DNA of 63,778 nucleotides, counting the filler, from Octopus bimaculoides (lineage: Eukaryota), in assembly GCF_001194135.2 (NCBI RefSeq). It is 5 parts of 5 records of this genome, joined end to end, with 100 filler letters (N's around TTAATTAATTAA, not from the genome) between each part and the next. Parts side by side here need not be neighbours in the genome. Positions count along the whole stretch, not along the records: positions 1 to 23,980 come from NC_069003.1; 4 more parts are not named here. One strand, written 5' to 3'. How positions within the stretch are numbered: position 1 is the stretch's first letter; every line of letters begins with the position of its first letter. The notes under the pieces are model-generated. The model had not been told where the DNA came from, searched no databases, and saw only the letters and a list, made by a program, of their open reading frames with translations. Made by a program: the position numbers and the translations under genes. This document shows positions 1-11,664 of the stretch, piece after piece.

Positions 1-299
1 CTGATTCATATTCAAAATTCCTCCTCAAATAATAGTCCGTCTAAGGGAGAAAACCCTAATAATATTATTAATTATAAACAATCAAGTAATACAAATTATT
101 GATCACTGGTAATAAATTCTAAACTAATGGAAATCTATATTATATTTTCTCTAGAAACTTTAGTAAGTAAATACAAATATACAATTAGATTATTAGTAAT
201 AATAAATCATACAGTTAATATATCCTGTCTTTTAAACCTAATATTATATTATAATATTATTTTACCCGATCTTACTGAAATTTATCATTTATTATAACC

Positions 300-700
300 A
301 GAAAAACGTATGCCTTAGAAAATGACAACATCTGAAAGCATTGTATGTGAGTTTATTTATTAACTTACCCTTAGAAAATAATATAAAATATAATTCTAGA
401 TTACACAACGAGCAATATCTCTTACCTTTGTCATAAGGGAAAGATTTTCCAATAATTGACCATTCTAACGAATATTACTTTTTTTGTTCCTTCAGTTCCT
501 AAATAAATTTACTAAGACTAGTATTCGCCATTTTACTTCTATCTCTAAACGTATTATAATGATTCGATATTCGCTTACAAATTTGTCCCGAAGAACAACC
601 CACGTATATGTTAACGTCTTCTTGGGTCGTTACCTTACATTGATAAACTATATTCTTCGATCTAGCATTTTGGCCTTCAAACTTCAATCTTCTAGGGTTA
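300..700 (-). mobile_element. Penelope-like element fragment, GIY-YIG endonuclease C-terminus (degenerate)
   Basis: Translation NIVYQCKVTTQEDVNIYVGCSSGQICKRISNHYNTF...SLSKFI, then after stop/frameshift SFPYDKGKRYCSLCNLELYFILF; typical PLE GIY-YIG plus CxxC tail. Confidence 0.8.
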
Positions 701-1033
701 ACGTCTGTTACTGTAATCCTTGTACGATTATTATTATTGTTATCTATATCAGGGTTCTCATCACTATCCTCCCCAATTTACTTATTTAACTTGAATTAAG
801 AGTAGATAAGATTAAGGAACTGGGGTGTGCCTCTGCGCTTCGTCACAGAATTTAGAACGTTCATAAGGTTAAGTTATACATATAAATACATACATATAAT
901 ATACAAACTTTTGCATACACATACATATACATAAATATACATAGTACATATCTTTACATTTACATGTATATGTATATGCATACAATGGAATCAATTATTA
1001 TCATTGTTATTGTTATTATTATTATTATTATTA

Positions 1034-1078
<45 letters not shown>

Positions 1079-1271
1079 GGTGTATTATATTATTCCTATT
1101 AGATAAAGTATAAACGGAGGAAAGAAACAAATTATCAAAAGAGAAATAATAGTGGAATTAAATGATCAATCTATCTTAAGATTATTGTAGTTGAGTAGGA
1201 ATGAATGGGTATATGAATGAGGAATACATGTATACATACATATATATATATATATACTTACACACATACAC

Positions 1272-1315
<44 letters not shown>

Positions 1316-1574
1316 CTATCTATCTATCTATCTATTCATCTATCTATCTATCTATCTATATATATATATATATATATACATATATCTACGTACAAACATA
1401 CCCATAGGGACATACATATTTCATATATTGTGAAGGAACGATTACTGTAATAGTTCGTATTTTACTTTTAATATAATTATAATAATTATATTCACACATA
1501 TATGTATTTATGTATATGTATGTATATGTATGTGTATGTAAAAGTGTGTATATATGTATCTATTTATATTTAAC

Positions 1575-1910
1575 CTTATGAACTTTCTGAACTCTCTGAC
1601 AAAGCCCAGAGGCACACTCAAGTACCTTAATCTTATCTACCAAATACTTCAGTTCACTGAAGGGATGGAAGTAAAGTGGGGTACTATAATCTCTTGACTG
1701 AAACAGCTGTAAGGTACTATTCTACTTCCTATGCTCTACGTTATATATTTTAATAATTACTGGTATCTTTATATATGTAAAGCATAATATGTTATACATG
1801 TATGCATATTGTTATAATGGTTTTTTTGAATAAATAAATAGACATAATATAATGTCCAAAAGTTGACGAATACCACCTCTTGATCCCCTCCATTTTCTTA
1901 TTGCTGCATA
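1575..1910 (+). mobile_element. PLE-associated pLTR-like unit (family A): hammerhead-like head, AT-rich body, ending AAGTTGAYGAATACCACC...TTCTTATTGC
   Basis: Homologous copies at 56005-56314 (-), 19125-19322 (+), 18964-19125 (-) and a 5' half at 790-870 (-). Confidence 0.65.
1593..1714 (+). ncRNA. Degenerate type I hammerhead ribozyme with long helix II insert
   Basis: CTGACAA (1596-1602, CUGANGA variant), AGCCCAGAG/CTCTTGACT stem, GAAA (1700-1703), palindromic CAGCTG, TA cleavage site, short helix I TCT/AGG. Confidence 0.55.
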
Positions 1911-1985
1911 TATTATACATAAATATATATAATATATATCAATATATGATACATTTATACAGAGACAGAGACAGATGAAGGAACA

Positions 1986-2032
<47 letters not shown>

Positions 2033-2844
2033 AATTAGCAATTTAATAACCTAAAGGCAATTTTATAGATGTCACTAAAGTGACGGAGGGTTCTAAGTAG
2101 TACTAGCATTGCTAGAAATAAGAGTCAAAACAACGGAATAGCCACAGAAACACTATCTTAATAACTGACAAGGAAAGTGAAGCTCCCCAGTGGACATAGC
2201 CAGATCATTGATGATTTCGAATTTTGATGAAGAGCATCTTAATTCCGATCGGTGTTTCTTACCGCGCCTAAGGTTAAACTCAACTCAACTTGTCAGCGTT
2301 ATATATGGATATATGTATTTATTTATATAGTATAGATTATGTGTTATCTATATATGTATGTATACGCACACACACACATACATCTATATATATATATGTA
2401 TGTATATGTATATATTATATATATTATGTTATATATATATATATTTANNNNNNNNNNNNNNNNNNNNNNNNNNNNNNNNNNNNNNNNNNNNNNNNNNNNN
2501 NNNNNNNNNNNNNNNNNNNNNNNNNNNNNNNNNNNNNNNNNNNNNNNNNNNNNNNNNNNNNNNNNNNNNNNNNNNNNNNNNNNNNNNNNNNNNNNNNNNN
2601 NNNNNNNNNNNNNNNNNNNNNNNNNNNNNNNNNNNNNNNNNNNNNNNNNNNNNNNNNNNNNNNNNNNNNNNNNNNNNNNNNNNNNNNNNNNNNNNNNNNN
2701 NNNNNNNNNNNNNNNNNNNNNNNNNNNNNNNNNNNNNNNNNNNNNNNNNNNNNNNNNNNNNNNNNNNNNNNNNNNNNNNNNNNNNNNNATATATATATAT
2801 ATATATATACATTAAAAAAATATATATATATAGGGGGGGGTGAA

Positions 2845-2998
2845 GGCGCATGGCTCAGTGGTTAGAGCGTCGAGCTTACGATCGTGAGGTTGTGAGTTCG
2901 AATCCCGGACCGGGCTGCGTGTTGTATTCTTGAGCAAGACACTTTATTTCACGTTGCTCCAGTTCATTCAGCTGTAGAAATGAGTTGCGACGTCACAG
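2845..2998 (+). mobile_element. tRNA-derived SINE (family with GTGTYCTTGAGCAAG..CACTTTATTTCACGTTGCT body)
   Basis: A box TGGCTCAGTGGTTAG and B box GAGTTCGAATCCC followed by a non-tRNA body; related copies near 16090, 50470 (-), 63012 and 63340. Confidence 0.85.
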
Positions 2999-4345
2999 TA
3001 TCTGGAATTCAGTAGCACGGTGAAATTCTTAGAGTTAAAAAGAATATGCGATATTTTAGTTATGCATGAGTTGTATTTCTTAGAACCATTAACATATGGG
3101 ATGGATTTCTCAACGATTCTCCACCTGATAGTATGTTGCATGCAGTTGGTCTTTAACCCCACACGCTTTATTGATACCTCTGATAAATTAGACCTCAAAA
3201 TAACTGTAAGTAATAATTTGTTAAAATTTTTAGATGTTTCCCAAGATCTAAACTTCTGCTCTTATCAACTTTACCTTAAGCCAAACGAAAAACTATCCTA
3301 CGTACATAGTCCTGTCATCCCCTATAATGCCATACCTTAATGGATCTACTTTTAAGTTTATATTTATGAATTATGTATTTACTTGAAAAGTTGTAAAATA
3401 TCTTAACTTGAAACCACTGTTAGCTAGGGTATTGTTGTGGTAGGGAGCTACCTCGCCAAATATTTCTTTAGAACAAGGGAGGTTAGATATCTTAGTAATG
3501 TAATATCAAGCAGAACAAGGAAAATAATATGGTTCGCCTGCCCCTACTCTCTAACTGTTAAAACGTAGGCAAGAAATTCCTGTCCCTTTCCGATAAGAAT
3601 TTCTCAGTAAACCACAAATTCAGGAAAAATTTTAATAGGCGCTTGGTTAAAATATCATAAAATTGCTGCCACAGTATGAAGATTATTATCACCAAGAGCC
3701 CATTCCCAGTTGTAACTGTCGAGGTTCAGAAACTTGCCTACCTGACTAGGCGTCTATCATAAACTCCATTGTATATATTTCAGAAGTTGCAGCAATGATT
3801 CATGATAACCTAACCAAAATAAAAAATTATATTGGGTTATGCGAAGGCGATTTGAAAGACGATTTGCTAACCACCTATCTTCTTTCCGCCACATAAGCAA
3901 AGTAAAACCACTGAAGACCACATACGATCAAGTGGAATATCGTAGAAAAATCTATGCCCTACGTGAAGCCCAAGCTGAAAAATCGCATAGTTTTTTAGAT
4001 CTAAGAATTTCACCACACTATTGAATTCCAGATCTGAAATTTTTAGCAAATATTTTTGAGGAACTGGAGGACACCACCCTCTCAAACTTGAGCAGCTTTC
4101 ACGCAAACATTGAACCTCTTTTCATCAAATTATACAAGAACGAGCTTACAGGCTTTACAGTTAAAGGAGACATAACAAATTTTCCTTCTTTCTTTTTTTC
4201 TTATTTTTATTCAAACTTCCACCTTTAGTATCTAACTTCACCTCGAATTTTTTCACGGTTCTCTGATACCAGCATTTTGCTCTTTCAATTTAAATTGACA
4301 CTATGATTAGAGGCTGTAGATTGCTTACAGACGAAACGTGTGTTA
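2995..4345 (+). mobile_element. Penelope-like element relic (RT thumb + GIY-YIG) with an inverted copy of its 3' end at the left edge
   Basis: + strand: DKLDLKITVSNNLLKFLDV...LYLKPNEKLSYVH (RT thumb), CNCRGSETC...IVYISEV...NYIGLCEG...RRFANHLSSFRH (GIY-YIG). - strand 2995-3135: HTIRWRIVEKSIPYVNGSKKYNSC. Confidence 0.8.
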
Positions 4346-4401
4346 TAAAAATTCTGCCTTTACCCACATCTCCAATGTAATACATTATTAGTAGCTCGTA
4401 A

Positions 4402-4828
4402 CTGTCTGGCTTTGTGGTAAAAAGCTAACTTCCAAACCACATGGTTTCGAGTTCAGTTTCACTGCGTGGTACTTGCGCAAGTGCCTTCTACTATGGCTTC
4501 GAGCTGATTAAGCCTTGTGAGTGGATTTGGCAGACAGAAACTGAAAGAAACTAGTCGTTAATATATGTGTGTGTGGGTGTGGGTGTGGGTGTGTGTAAGT
4601 CTTTGTATCTGTGTTTGCCTAAAATCCCCACAACACCACTGCTTGACGACCGGTGCGGGTGTGTTTACGACCCCGTAACCTAGTCGTTCGGCATAAGAGA
4701 CCGGTAGAATAAGTACCAAGCTTATAAAACGTAATTACTGGGGACGATACATTCGACTAACAATTCTTCAAGGCAGTGTCCCAGCATGGCCGCAGTTTAA
4801 TAAGTGAAACAAGTAAAAGATAAAAGAC
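4402..4828 (+). mobile_element. Abundant tRNA-headed SINE with internal (TA)/(TG) microsatellite (family S1)
   Basis: Head GGCTTTGTGGTAA...GGTTTCGAGTTCAGT, internal TG tract, 3' part ...CAGCATGGCCGCAG...GAAACAAGTAAAAGA; many copies in the window. Confidence 0.85.
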
Positions 4829-6884
4829 AAAAGATATGTGTGTGTGTATGCAAATGTGTGTGCGTTTATATGTGTGTTTTATAGATGTATGCCCATTGTT
4901 ATTTGTTATACACACGCCAACACACAAACACACACACCCACAGTCATACAGCTCTTATATACGCTCACATTTGCAACGATAGTAAGAAGCGAAACAATAA
5001 TCACAGAGCGTACATGCTCACAGGTAGGTGAGATAAAAATCACAAATACGACAATAACAACGACAGGAAAAGCAGGAACAGCAGCATCAACACTTGCAGC
5101 AGCAGCGGCAGCAGCAGTAGCATACCTTGCTACAATAAACAATGCCTAAAAGAAAAGAAAGGAATCTAGTAAGTTAAATCTGGTGCCAATGAACTAACGA
5201 TTTAAAGGAACAGAAAAACGTCATCTTGAGGGGGTGAGGTTCGAATGCTAGACAGATAGATTGATATATATATATATNNNNNNNNNNNNNNNNNNNNNNN
5301 NNNNNNNNNNNNNNNNNNNNNNNNNNNNNNNNNNNNNNNNNNNNNNNNNNNNNNNNNNNNNNNNNNNNNNNNNNNNNNNNNNNNNNNNNNNNNNNNNNNN
5401 NNNNNNNNNNNNNNNNNNNNNNNNNNNNNNNNNNNNNNNNNNNNNNNNNNNNNNNNNNNNNNNNNNNNNNNNNNNNNNNNNNNNNNNNNNNNNNNNNNNN
5501 NNNNNNNNNNNNNNNNNNNNNNNNNNNNNNNNNNNNNNNNNNNNNNNNNNNNNNNNNNNNNNNNNNNNNNNNNNNNNNNNNNNNNNNNNNNNNNNNNNNN
5601 NNNNNNNNNNNNNNNNNNNNNNNNNNNNNNNNNNNNNNNNNNNNNNNNNNNNNNNNNNNNNNNNNNNNNNNNNNNNNNNNNNNNNNNNNNNNNNNNNNNN
5701 NNNNNNNNNNNNNNNNNNNNNNNNNNNNNNNNNNNNNNNNNNNNNNNNNNNNNNNNNNNNNNNNNNNNNNNNNNNNNNNNNNNNNNNNNNNNNNNNNNNN
5801 NNNNNNNNNNNNNNNNNNNNNNNNNNNNNNNNNNNNNNNNNNNNNNNNNNNNNNNNNNNNNNNNNNNNNNNNNNNNNNNNNNNNNNNNNNNNNNNNNNNN
5901 NNNNNNNNNNNNNNNNNNNNNNNNNNNNNNNNNNNNNNNNNNNNNNNNNNNNNNNNNNNNNNNNNNNNNNNNNNNNNNNNNNNNNNNNNNNNNNNNNNNN
6001 NNNNNNNNNNNNNNNNNNNNNNNNNNNNNNNNNNNNNNNNNNNNNNNNNNNNNNNNNNNNNNNNNNNNNNNNNNNNNNNNNNNNNNNNNNNNNNNNNNNN
6101 NNNNNNNNNNNNNNNNNNNNNNNNNNNNNNNNNNNNNNNNNNNNNNNNNNNNNNNNNNNNNNNNNNNNNNNNNNNNNNNNNNNNNNNNNNNNNNNNNNNN
6201 NNNNNNNNNNNNNNNNNNNNNNTATATATATATATATATATGTACATGCATATAGATAGATATGTGTGTGTATGTCTATGTCTGTGTATGTACGTGCGTA
6301 AGTACGTGCGTGTAATCATGTATTATCTCAAAACGATCTTTAACTGTTGTGTTTTTAAGAGCTAATATATTCGGGTTTCTGGATATAGGGAAGCAAACCT
6401 CTCGCAAACACAAACTTAAACACGCACTTACACATACGCACACCGTACACTGACACGCTTATAAAGACTCACTCGCATTCAGATACACGCAACGAAACAA
6501 TTCACCTCGTAAATATAGATATGCGGGGGGGCACGTGCTTGTGTGCGTGCATGCGTGCGTGCGTGCTAAGATGCGAACCTATAGTAGAAAACACTTACCC
6601 AAGGCTCGACGTTGTTGGATTTTACTCAAAACCATGTGGTTAGGAAGCAAACTTCATATCACACAGCCAGGCCTGCGCTTTTGAGGCTATATATACATAT
6701 AAACAGGATGTTCGGGTTAAATTTGACGACCATTCATGTTTTCGTATTTTGTCAGGAAGTGCTTGATGTAATGGTCACCAGAAACGACGTTGGAAAGCAT
6801 ACAGATTAAAGTTGTAGTTGAGAGAGTGTTAGCTGACATGGAGGACGGGTAACCATCTGAATATGTGAAAACAGTAAATACTGA

Positions 6885-7532
6885 GTGGTACGGTAACTTG
6901 GTCAACTGTCTTCTCCTATAGCCTCAAGCCGGCCAAACCCTTGTGAGTAGATTTGGTATATGGACACTGAAAGAAGCCCGTCGTACATATATATGTATGT
7001 ATCTATGGTAAATATGAGGGTAATAACATAAAATAATTTATTACTAGTGGTTAGCATGCATAAATAAAAGTCATAAGGCATAACATATTTTAAAAAATAT
7101 AAGAGTATATAAAATATTTAAAAATACACAAAGAAGAGACCCTTGATAGGACGCCGTACATGCTAAAACGGCCAGTTAAATCCAAACCACGAAAAAATGA
7201 ATTTTTATTCGTGGTTTGTGTTTTAACTGCCCTGTTTTGTATATAAGGAGTTCTGTCACAGGTGTCCTCTCTGTGTATAAAAATATTTTATAACCTCATA
7301 TTTTTTAATGTATATAACTATGTGTGTGTCTTTGTGTTTGTTCTCCACCAACGCTTCAAAACTGTTGATCTGTTTACATCCCCTTAACCTAGCAGTTCGG
7401 TTAAAGAGACCGATAGAATGAGTACCAGTGTTAAAATTAAGGACTGAGGATAATATATTCGACTGAAAATTCTTCAAGGTCGAGCCTCAGCATAGCTGCA
7501 ATCTAATGATTGAAACAATTTAAAGATTTAAA
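6885..7532 (+). mobile_element. S1 SINE split by a ~330 bp insertion in its internal microsatellite
   Basis: 5' half ends GAAAGAAGCCCGTCGTACATAT near 6985; 3' half resumes TGTGTGTCTTTGTGTTTG near 7320. Confidence 0.7.
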
Positions 7533-7582
7533 GATGTATACATATATATATATATATATATATACATATATGTATACATACA

Positions 7583-8764
7583 TAGGGTGCTGTGAATAAA
7601 TTGTCGTCTAAATTACGGGAAAATGAAAATAACTCTGACAGGTGTATTTGTCAAAATTACATAAAAATATCTCGAAATTCTAAAGAGTAAATTTATTCAA
7701 TGAAATGACCATTGGTTTCAACCACGGCCTCCGGACGACTTCGGAATCTCCTGCAAGTCTTCTGGGCGGTCTGTTTGTTTAAGTTTGTGTATGCTGTCAT
7801 AATCCTTGCCTTCAATTCATCTTTGGTATTGCAATGAGTCTTGTTGGTCTTGCGTTCAACTGTACACCACACATAATAATCAAGAGAGTTGCAGTCTGGG
7901 GAGTTAGGTGACCAGATGTTAGGGCTGAAGTAGTCGCAGAAATTGTCTAACAGCTATGACTGGGTTCTCCTGCTTGTGTGACATCGTGCAGAACCCTGTT
8001 GCCAGACATAGTGTCTTCCATCTGCCACCCTCTTCACCCAGGTTTGCATTACTTTCTCCAGGCACTTGATTTCGGCTTCCGTGTTGAGTCTGAGGAAGAA
8101 TGAATAGAGGCATAACGTCGACATTACTAGTTATCACTCCAAACACCATGATGTTGACTGGACGTTTGATTTTTGTCAGTCTCTGTACATATTTTTGGGA
8201 CACGGCAAGCCAACGTTTGATCTGTGTATTCACTACCTGATCCTGGCGGTCTTTCTTCTTGTCCTTGGTGGCCTGGGATAAAAATTGGCCCCTTTTAATC
8301 CTGAATGAGGGATACCGAATGTCTTCATGCCCCACCTGCCTGATAAGAAACCCAAACACTCCCATGTCCCTGGCAATGGACCTGACTTGGAGGGACCGCA
8401 GTCAATCATGGGCTGGATCTCACCAAAAGATTCAAGAGAACGATCAGAGTGAGTTTTCCGAGCTGCCGTACCTTCGTAATCACCATTAGACTCATCCAAA
8501 TCTTTCCGAATTGTCTGCATTGTCCTCAAATTGACACCCAAACACGGTGAAATGTTCGCATCGGAGATTCCGGCGCGAATGCCAAGCAGTACAGCATGTT
8601 GTTTCCGAATTCTGACTGAGTGAAATGCGTCATGGTACTGTTTTTCTCACATACGGTGCCCAACGGACCCTATTATTCTGTGTAGTCGACGATCTCAAAA
8701 ACAAACAATGCGCATGCGTGAAATTAAAAATATAAAATGGTGACAATCTACCCATTGCACCCTG
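7583..8764 (-). mobile_element. Tc1/mariner superfamily transposon, maT (DD37D) type, pseudogenised
   Basis: Imperfect TIRs CAGGGTGC..TA.ATTGTC with TA flank; YVWQQ(D>G)SARCH...SPDCNSLDYYVW with exactly 37 residues between the 2nd and 3rd catalytic positions; internal deletion and stops. Confidence 0.9.
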
Positions 8765-9595
8765 TATATATATATTCGTATATCTTTGCGTTTGTGTGAA
8801 TGTGTGTGTAGAGTCATAAAACGGGGCAAATTTCCTGGAATATACTTGTTTTTAATATTTTCTTAATATCTATATATGTCATGTGAAAGTATAAATATTT
8901 AATGCAAATATTTAAAACTAATCTCTCACGGCTGGTTTGAACCACTGAAATCCATTCCTTGTATCTTTTGTCTTTCATCAGATTCGCTTCCCATTTTCAG
9001 GTATTCTTTCAACAGTGGAGAACTCCAGTTCATTTTAAAGGTGAAGCATATTGTATTTGAACCGAGCGTTTGTTTGAACGATTGTTTCCTCTTGTTCTGA
9101 TTAATATAAATCCGGCCAGCCATAATAGATATTATATTTTCATCAGATATAGATACAATACAGCAGACAGCAGTGACACCAAGCAGGATTCATTATACAG
9201 TTTCCTAAAGACATAAGTAATAACAACAAGAAACAAACCAAAAATAAATAAATAATAAGGACAACAAAACATCAAGAAGAACAAAAGCAAGAATATTTTC
9301 TTCCTTGATTTTTGTACACCAAAAAAGAAAAAAAACATTGAACAATTTTCAACTTCCATTAACCTCAATTTCAAGGCAATCTATTTTCTTTGTAAGTATA
9401 ATGACTATGCTACTGCTTATGATGATGATGATGATGATGATGATGGTGATGATGATGGTGATGATGATTGCAGTGGCGCTGGTGGTGTTGTGTGGTGGTG
9501 TTGCTGCTGATGATGTTAAGAAAAATAATAGCAAGGACAACAAAAGCAACAATAATTGTTTCTATCATTGGCACGAGGATAAAGAAAACGAGATA

Positions 9596-9812
9596 ATGTA
9601 GAATATCTTGGGAATCGATGTCGAGAGAAAGTGGAATATGAAAGCAAGAGTGGTTGGTAAAAATTGTGATTGGAACACATGGGTGGGCGACGAAAAGTCT
9701 TCAGAAACGCTTTGACACATTTGGAATCTGTGCCAGCATTACCACATTGCAAAAAACAATACTACTGGGAACAGCAAATATCCTGCAGAAAGTACTGTTT
9801 CAGGTTAAATAA
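9596..9812 (+). mobile_element. R4/Dong-like (restriction-like endonuclease) LINE 3' fragment
   Basis: Translation ~LGIDVERKWNMKARVV...LQKTILLGTANILQKVL matches the RLE LINE C-terminus. Confidence 0.7.
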
Positions 9813-9894
9813 CTTGATAAGAAGTCAATTAAAATGATCCAGTGTCAACAAGTTCATTAAGCAAATGAACGAATAATGTGAATTCTTTCTGTAT

Positions 9895-11260
9895 TTGGCA
9901 GAGAGCCTGAATTGGTGTGGGGGGGGGGTGTAGTCGACACCGTTGACTCCAGTTCTTGACTGGTACGCTATATTTATAAATCCGGACAGAATAGAAGGCG
10001 AAGTTGACCTCGACGGAATTTGAACTCAGAAAAGTAAAACCAGAAGAAAAATGCCGCTAAACATTTCGTCCGACACCGTAATGAATCTGCCAAGCTCACT
10101 ACACTTATAACAATTATAATGTTTTCAAATTTTGACACAAGGCCAGCAATTTCGGTGAACGGGTTACATCGAATACATCGACCCCAGTACTCAACTGGAA
10201 CTCATTTTTATAGACTCCATAAAGGTTGATAGCAAAGTCGACTTCACGATTCTGCCAGCTTACTGTCTTATACTTAATAAAACATATAACAACAACAACA
10301 ACAACAACAACAACAATAATAATAATAATCATAATAATAATAATAATAATAATTATTATTATTGTTATTATCATTGTCCTTTCTATCATAGGAGCAAGTC
10401 CTGAAATCTGGGAGTGGGGGATAATCGATTAATTGACCCCAAATTTTCACTGGTACTTAATTTATCAACTCCGAAAGGATGAAAGGCAAATTCGACCTTG
10501 GTGGAATTTGAACTCAGAACATAAAGACGGATGAAAAGTCGCTAAGCATATTGTCCGGCGTGCTAACGAATGTGCCAGCCTGCCGCCTTAATAATAATAA
10601 TACTAATAATAATTCTTTCTGCTTCAGGCACAAGACCTTAAATTTGGGCGAGGGGATTATATCGACCCCAACACTCATCCCAAAAGGATGAAAGGTAAAT
10701 TCGACCTCAGCAGAATTTGAACTCAGAGTGTAGCGTTGGACGAAATACCTATTTCTTTACTGCCCACAAGGAGCTACACACAGAGGGGACAAACAAGGAC
10801 AGACAAACGGATTTAGTCGATTATATCGACCCCAGTGCGTAACTGGTACTTAATTTATCGACCCCGAAAAGATGAAGGGCAAAGTCGACCTCGGCGGAAT
10901 TTGAACTCAGAACATAAAAACAGACGAAATACCGATAAGCATTTCTTCTGGCGTGCTGACGATTCTGCTAGCTTCAATAATAATAATAATAACAATAATA
11001 ATAATAATAATAATAATAATGATGATGATGATAATAATAATAATGATAATAATAATTCTTTCTACTATCGACACCAGGCCAGAAATTTCGTGGTGGGGGA
11101 TAAGTCGATTGCATCGACCCAGTACTCATCTGGTACTTGTTTTATGAACCCCGAAAGGGAGAAAGGCAAAATCGATCTCGTCGGAATTTGAGCTCAGAAC
11201 GTAAATATGGAGCATTTTGCCTGGCGTGCTAACGATTCTGCCACCTCCCCATCTTCAATA
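9895..11260 (-). mobile_element. Tandem array of ~6 (ATT)n-flanked tRNA-headed SINEs (family S2)
   Basis: Repeated units GGCGAGCTGGCAGA..CGTTAGCACGCC...GAGTTCAAATTCCGCCGAGGTCGAC...TCATCCTTTCGGGGTCGAT separated by AAT/AAC tracts. Confidence 0.9.
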
Positions 11261-11299
11261 ATAATAGTGCTGATGATGATGGTGATGATGATGATAACA

Positions 11300-11587
11300 A
11301 TAACAGAATTCCGAACAAGAACAGCCAACAAGAGGGATGAAACCCTACTCCGTATGGAATTACATGGTCAGTTCCACCGTGAAACCAAGAAATTAAAACA
11401 CCAGGGAGCATCATGCAGGTGGCTCCAGAAGGTGACATAAAAAAGAATACCGAAAGCCTAATCATCGCGGCCCAGGACTAGGCACACATATATACCACAC
11501 AAGTGCATCGGACGTCTGTAGAATGCATTGGGTTTCGTATATTTGTACCATAGTGTCACTTTGATGGCATCCACTGCTCTCTTGCTC

Positions 11588-11588
<1 letters not shown>
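11300..11588 (+). mobile_element. R4/Dong-like LINE internal fragment (region before the zinc knuckle)
   Basis: LHGQFHRE...CRWLQ(G)DIKKNTESLIIAAQD...VCR resembles the conserved LHGQ...ETE.LI.AAQDQ block; flanked by GAT/AAT repeats. Confidence 0.7.
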
Positions 11589-11643
<55 letters not shown>

Positions 11644-11664
11644 TGATGATGATGATGATGATGA

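Noticed and set aside
2845-2920. tRNA genes at SINE heads (also 63012, 63345 and B-box fragments near 59750 and 60280)
   Set aside because: No complete cloverleaf or acceptor stem; heads continue into SINE bodies.
9895-11260. CRISPR-like repeat-spacer array
   Set aside because: Units are ~200-bp SINEs separated by microsatellites in a eukaryotic context; no cas genes.
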